In this document: positions 59,876-64,000 of the stretch, one piece after another
How the letters are laid out: each line of letters begins with the position of its first letter
Position numbering within the stretch: the first letter of the stretch is position 1
DNA from: the human T2T-CHM13v2.0 reference genome, Homo sapiens
Assembly: GCF_009914755.1 (NCBI RefSeq)
Contig: NC_060926.1
DNA length: 64,000 bases
Strand: one strand, 5' to 3'
Notes under the pieces: generated by a model
Database searches by the model: none
Told to the model about the DNA's origin: nothing
Seen by the model: only the letters and a program-made list of their open reading frames with translations
Program-made: the position numbers and the translations under genes

Positions 59876-61664
59876 ATGTCATCCTGAAGCAAACGATTAA
59901 CCCAGTTTAAAGTCACAACTACTAGAATTCAATATACAATAGTACCAGGTATCCAGCTGTGAAGTAGCTGGGCTTAGGGCTTTCTACTTCCACCTCCCCA
60001 CCACAAGCACATAACTACAGTTCATATCTAAGCTTTGAGTAAGAATATCAGCTACCCTAAAAGTTACCTTCAGGATGGAATACCTTTAAATGCTGCAGCG
60101 CCCTGGATTTCCAGTTAACCAAACTATATTTCCAGCAGAAACTCCTGGGGTATAGAGTAGTTCTCGTCTGTAAGCCCTTCCCGCTGGTCTTCTTAGGAAG
60201 CGTTGCTGGAGCGCTTTATTTATTTATTTTTAATCCTGTTGATAATTTGACTCTCTGTCAACTAATGCTTGCCGACTCATCACTAGCCTTTCTTAGGGTG
60301 GAGATGACTGGAAGGTTGAAGGACTGCAGGCCATACATCATTCTCCCCTTCTCAGTGCACCTTAATGTGAACATGGCATCATGACTCTGAGGAAAGGAGG
60401 GGAAAGCTGAGCCATCAGATATTCCATAAATTGCAGGCTTTCCCTGTGTCCTGTAGTGCCGGAAAGGGGGATTATTGCTGCAGAAAAAAAAAAAAATCTG
60501 GCCACACCGTAGAAATGATCACTGCAGTCGAGCTCCCTGCTATCTCCCCCTGTTTTTTTTCTCTCTCGTTCTCTCTCTGTGTCTCTTCCTCTCTCTTTTT
60601 CTTGCTCTCTGTACGAGGCCCCAGCTGATTCAGGCTGCATCCAACCATACATAAATCATTCCCCTTATTCTATTGGTTACATGGTACATGGCAAGTATTG
60701 ATTTTTTCCGTTGCCTCATTGCTGGAGAACACTTGGTTTTTGTGAGACAGAAAAAGAAAAAACCAAACCAAACCAAAGCAAACAAAAAAACCCTCACCAG
60801 AGTTTTGTCTAGATAAGAAATAATCAGGTAGATGTGTACCATGCTGATGATAAGTGCATTCTAAAAAGAGCATACTTTTGGGAGGCCTTTTACTGTCTAT
60901 TTGCATGTTCCCAATATCTCCTGTCTCAAAATTAAAAAAAATAAGAATTGCTTCTAGTGGTGGAGAGCTCTGGGCTAAGGAAGTAGGAAGGATACACACA
61001 GAGAGAGATCCTCTCTAATTGTTCAGGGTAAGGAGGCAACTAATTGATCACTGCTAACTCCAGGAAAAAAAGAAAGTTTAGTGAAAACACAACTCACTCA
61101 CAAAACAGGAATAAAGAGGCAAACATGATGCCTCATGGCCAAATGACAACATACACGACAGGAAGAAAGAGATGTTTGCCTAGGTTTATTTTGTGTGGTG
61201 ATAAAATGTTCAATTGCGCCTTGTTTGTGTGAAGTATAAATGTAAAACACTGTCAAAATACTGTGTCTTGTAATACTCAGGGGCGGGAAATAGCAAAAAA
61301 GCAAATGTGTCTTAGTTTAGGATTCTGACATTTAATTCTTCAGAACCTAAGTTAAAACACACAGGAGTCTTAATATTTGTCACCAAGAGCCATTTGTTTT
61401 AAAGTGATAGTGGCTCTTGGACTCTATCCAAAGAGGTTTTATTCCTGAAATATCAAAATGACTTCTTTATGAGGTAATGCTGTCCAAAGGAGCATCCCAA
61501 TATATGAGGAAATTGTTATAACGAGGAGATCATTATAGGAAGGTGATAGTGCTAATATAAGATATGACAAGATGGTAAAAACCCACTTTCATTTTATGAG
61601 CCTATGTTACAACTGATTATTAATCTAAGAAAGGGCGAAGTTTAAGAACAAAACAATTCAGTGA

Positions 61665-62082
<418 letters not shown>

Positions 62083-63329
62083 GGTGGCAGGGTATTTTGT
62101 TTTGTGTTCTACTTAGAGCTGTCAACTAATAAATTTACCATGCAAGTGAGAAGTGTAATGGCTTCTTTAACCTACTTTATGAAGTTAAAACATTTCTTTT
62201 AAACAAGCCTTTACTCCTTACATAAACAGGGTCCATTAAAGTTAAACTGTCAGAAGCCTCACAAGTCAGACTATGATTTCTCCTTTTTTTTCTTCACAAA
62301 AGTTGTGCTGGAGGATTCTTTTTGTCTTTTTGGTCTGTGAGTTTACTTTGTGGCCCTTGGTCCTTAATCCATGTTTATGGTAAGTTCTGCCCAACAGAGG
62401 ATTCTGTGGAGTTGAGCTGCGAGGGGCTCAACCTGCTAACGCAGGTTAGAGCTGTGGCCAGCCCTTTGAGTGTTTAGCCTCTCAATGCACGGAATACTAC
62501 TCATCTCTCTTCTCTTTATCAATCTCTTTTATTGAAGCACCCAGAGCTTCTCTTTTTACATTTAAGTGCTGGTTTATCTAAATGTCCATTTCAAGGGAAA
62601 CCATGAATTAAGATTTGGGAGAAGGCCTTAGGAAAACCTGCATGGAATTTTGTAGATATTAATGTTTCGTTGTTTTGTTTGTTATAGTTTGGGGCTCCAG
62701 ACCACTGCTTATTTTCTCAATCATCTCATATCCATGTACTGGGGAGAGTAAGACTGCCTGTCAACTTACCTAGATGGCGAAAGAGTTCCTAAAGGACTTT
62801 GAGCACTTTGAATTTAAAAGGAAACGGACAAGAAAATGACAAAAACCATAGGCAACGCTTTGAACCTGACCTTTTTATTTTTTTCTTTTCTCTGCCTCAT
62901 CCTTTCCTAAGTCAACAACTTGAACATCTTTCTTGACCATTAGTTGTTGCCAGTGGTTCGCTGGGCCGAGGGGAAGCTGCAGAGCTAAACACCCATGCCT
63001 CCTCCAAACGCAGTGGGCTCACTGGGCAAACATACAGGCATAAAAACTTCTGCGCAAGTAGAGGTGCATGTCACACACAGTATAGGTTTCTGCTGTGTAA
63101 CTCTAGTACTCTCTATAGGTCTGTTTCTCTAGAAAAATCATATAAGAACCTTAAGTAATGAATACCAAAAGTGCTCTTCGTTTCAATGTTTTATTTTCAT
63201 TCACTCTAACAAGATTTTAACTGACAAGCAGAGCCTTGCCCACAGTGGACACTAAACAGGCATTTGTTTGTTTAGTTTGGTACAGTGTGGGCTCCAAAGG
63301 AGAGGTAACTATAACCAAGGCTAGCAATT

Positions 63330-63510
63330 ATTATGCACTTGGGGGGTCACATGTATTATTTCATAGCAACCCTGTTTTTAACCAACCTTATTTTTATGCC
63401 CATTTTAAAAAATGAGGGCATTGAGGCAGAGAGAGGCCAGGTAATTTGCTGAAGGCCACCTTGCAAATCAAAGGTGGAGTTGTGTTTCAGACCCTGTTGC
63501 TGTTAACCAT
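63330..63510 (-). mobile_element. MIR
   Basis: tcatagcaaccctg...cccattttaaaaaatgagggcattgaggcagagagagg...taatttgctgaaggccac. Confidence 0.7.
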
Positions 63511-64000
63511 CACCCAGTGAGGTGGGGCAGTGGCTGCCTGGCAGAGGCCCTTTTTGCCAGCTGGGAGTCTTGAGCAAGAGCTTCAGCAAGAGCATAGCTT
63601 CTGTGCTGGACTTGAAGCACATTGTATCCCATGATTTTCATATTCTGTGGGTATACGTTGGTTCACTATGAAAAAAAGAAATCTTTAAAATTTCCTAATG
63701 GCGATTGCCATTGAAAGGAATTTCTTTGTGAACGCTTTTGAACATGAGTATCATTTTTGGGAGGAAAATGTCTACCTGCTAACTATTTGGTGTGGTATAG
63801 CTAATGTGAGGCTCACGCATGGAAGAAGTGATGGTGGCAGGGCCCCAGCACATGAGAGTCCCAGATAGAACCCACACCCTGCTCTGAGGAACCGTGATTT
63901 TCCACAGAAAGTGGTAAGAATGCTCAGTTGAATTAATAGGTTTTTCCGAGAACCCAAACACCACTCTTTCTTTTATCTCTTCTACTGAAACACTGCCGGG

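Overview
Primate (very probably human) non-coding DNA: AT-rich, CpG-depleted, with no credible protein-coding exon. The anchor is the pre-miR-216b hairpin on the minus strand at 11657-11738, recognised from memory of the miRBase sequence. This places the window in the pancreatic-acinar MIR217HG (miR-216b/216a/217) locus on chr2p16.1, with miR-216a expected just left of position 1. A minus-strand TATA box, an initiator-like site and two strong splice donors at about 58160-58313 mark the probable promoter and first exon of the host pri-miRNA, so roughly 1-58283 is one long minus-strand transcript. The rest is Alu, L1, L2, MIR, hAT and mariner repeats, several of them nested. The best leads are: (1) a dense PTF1 (E-box plus TC-box), NR5A2 and ETS motif cluster inside an L2 relic at 51.3-51.5 kb; (2) a 65-bp GATA/FOX-bearing tandem repeat upstream of the promoter; (3) a splice acceptor at the window edge next to the expected miR-216a hairpin; (4) a 100-bp dispersed duplication beside miR-216b; (5) candidate exons flanked by inverted Alus; (6) a trimeric Alu; (7) a 20-bp MARE-like palindrome. 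I see no evidence of a wholly new biological system. The findings are regulatory and evolutionary hypotheses, and repeat subfamily calls are by eye.
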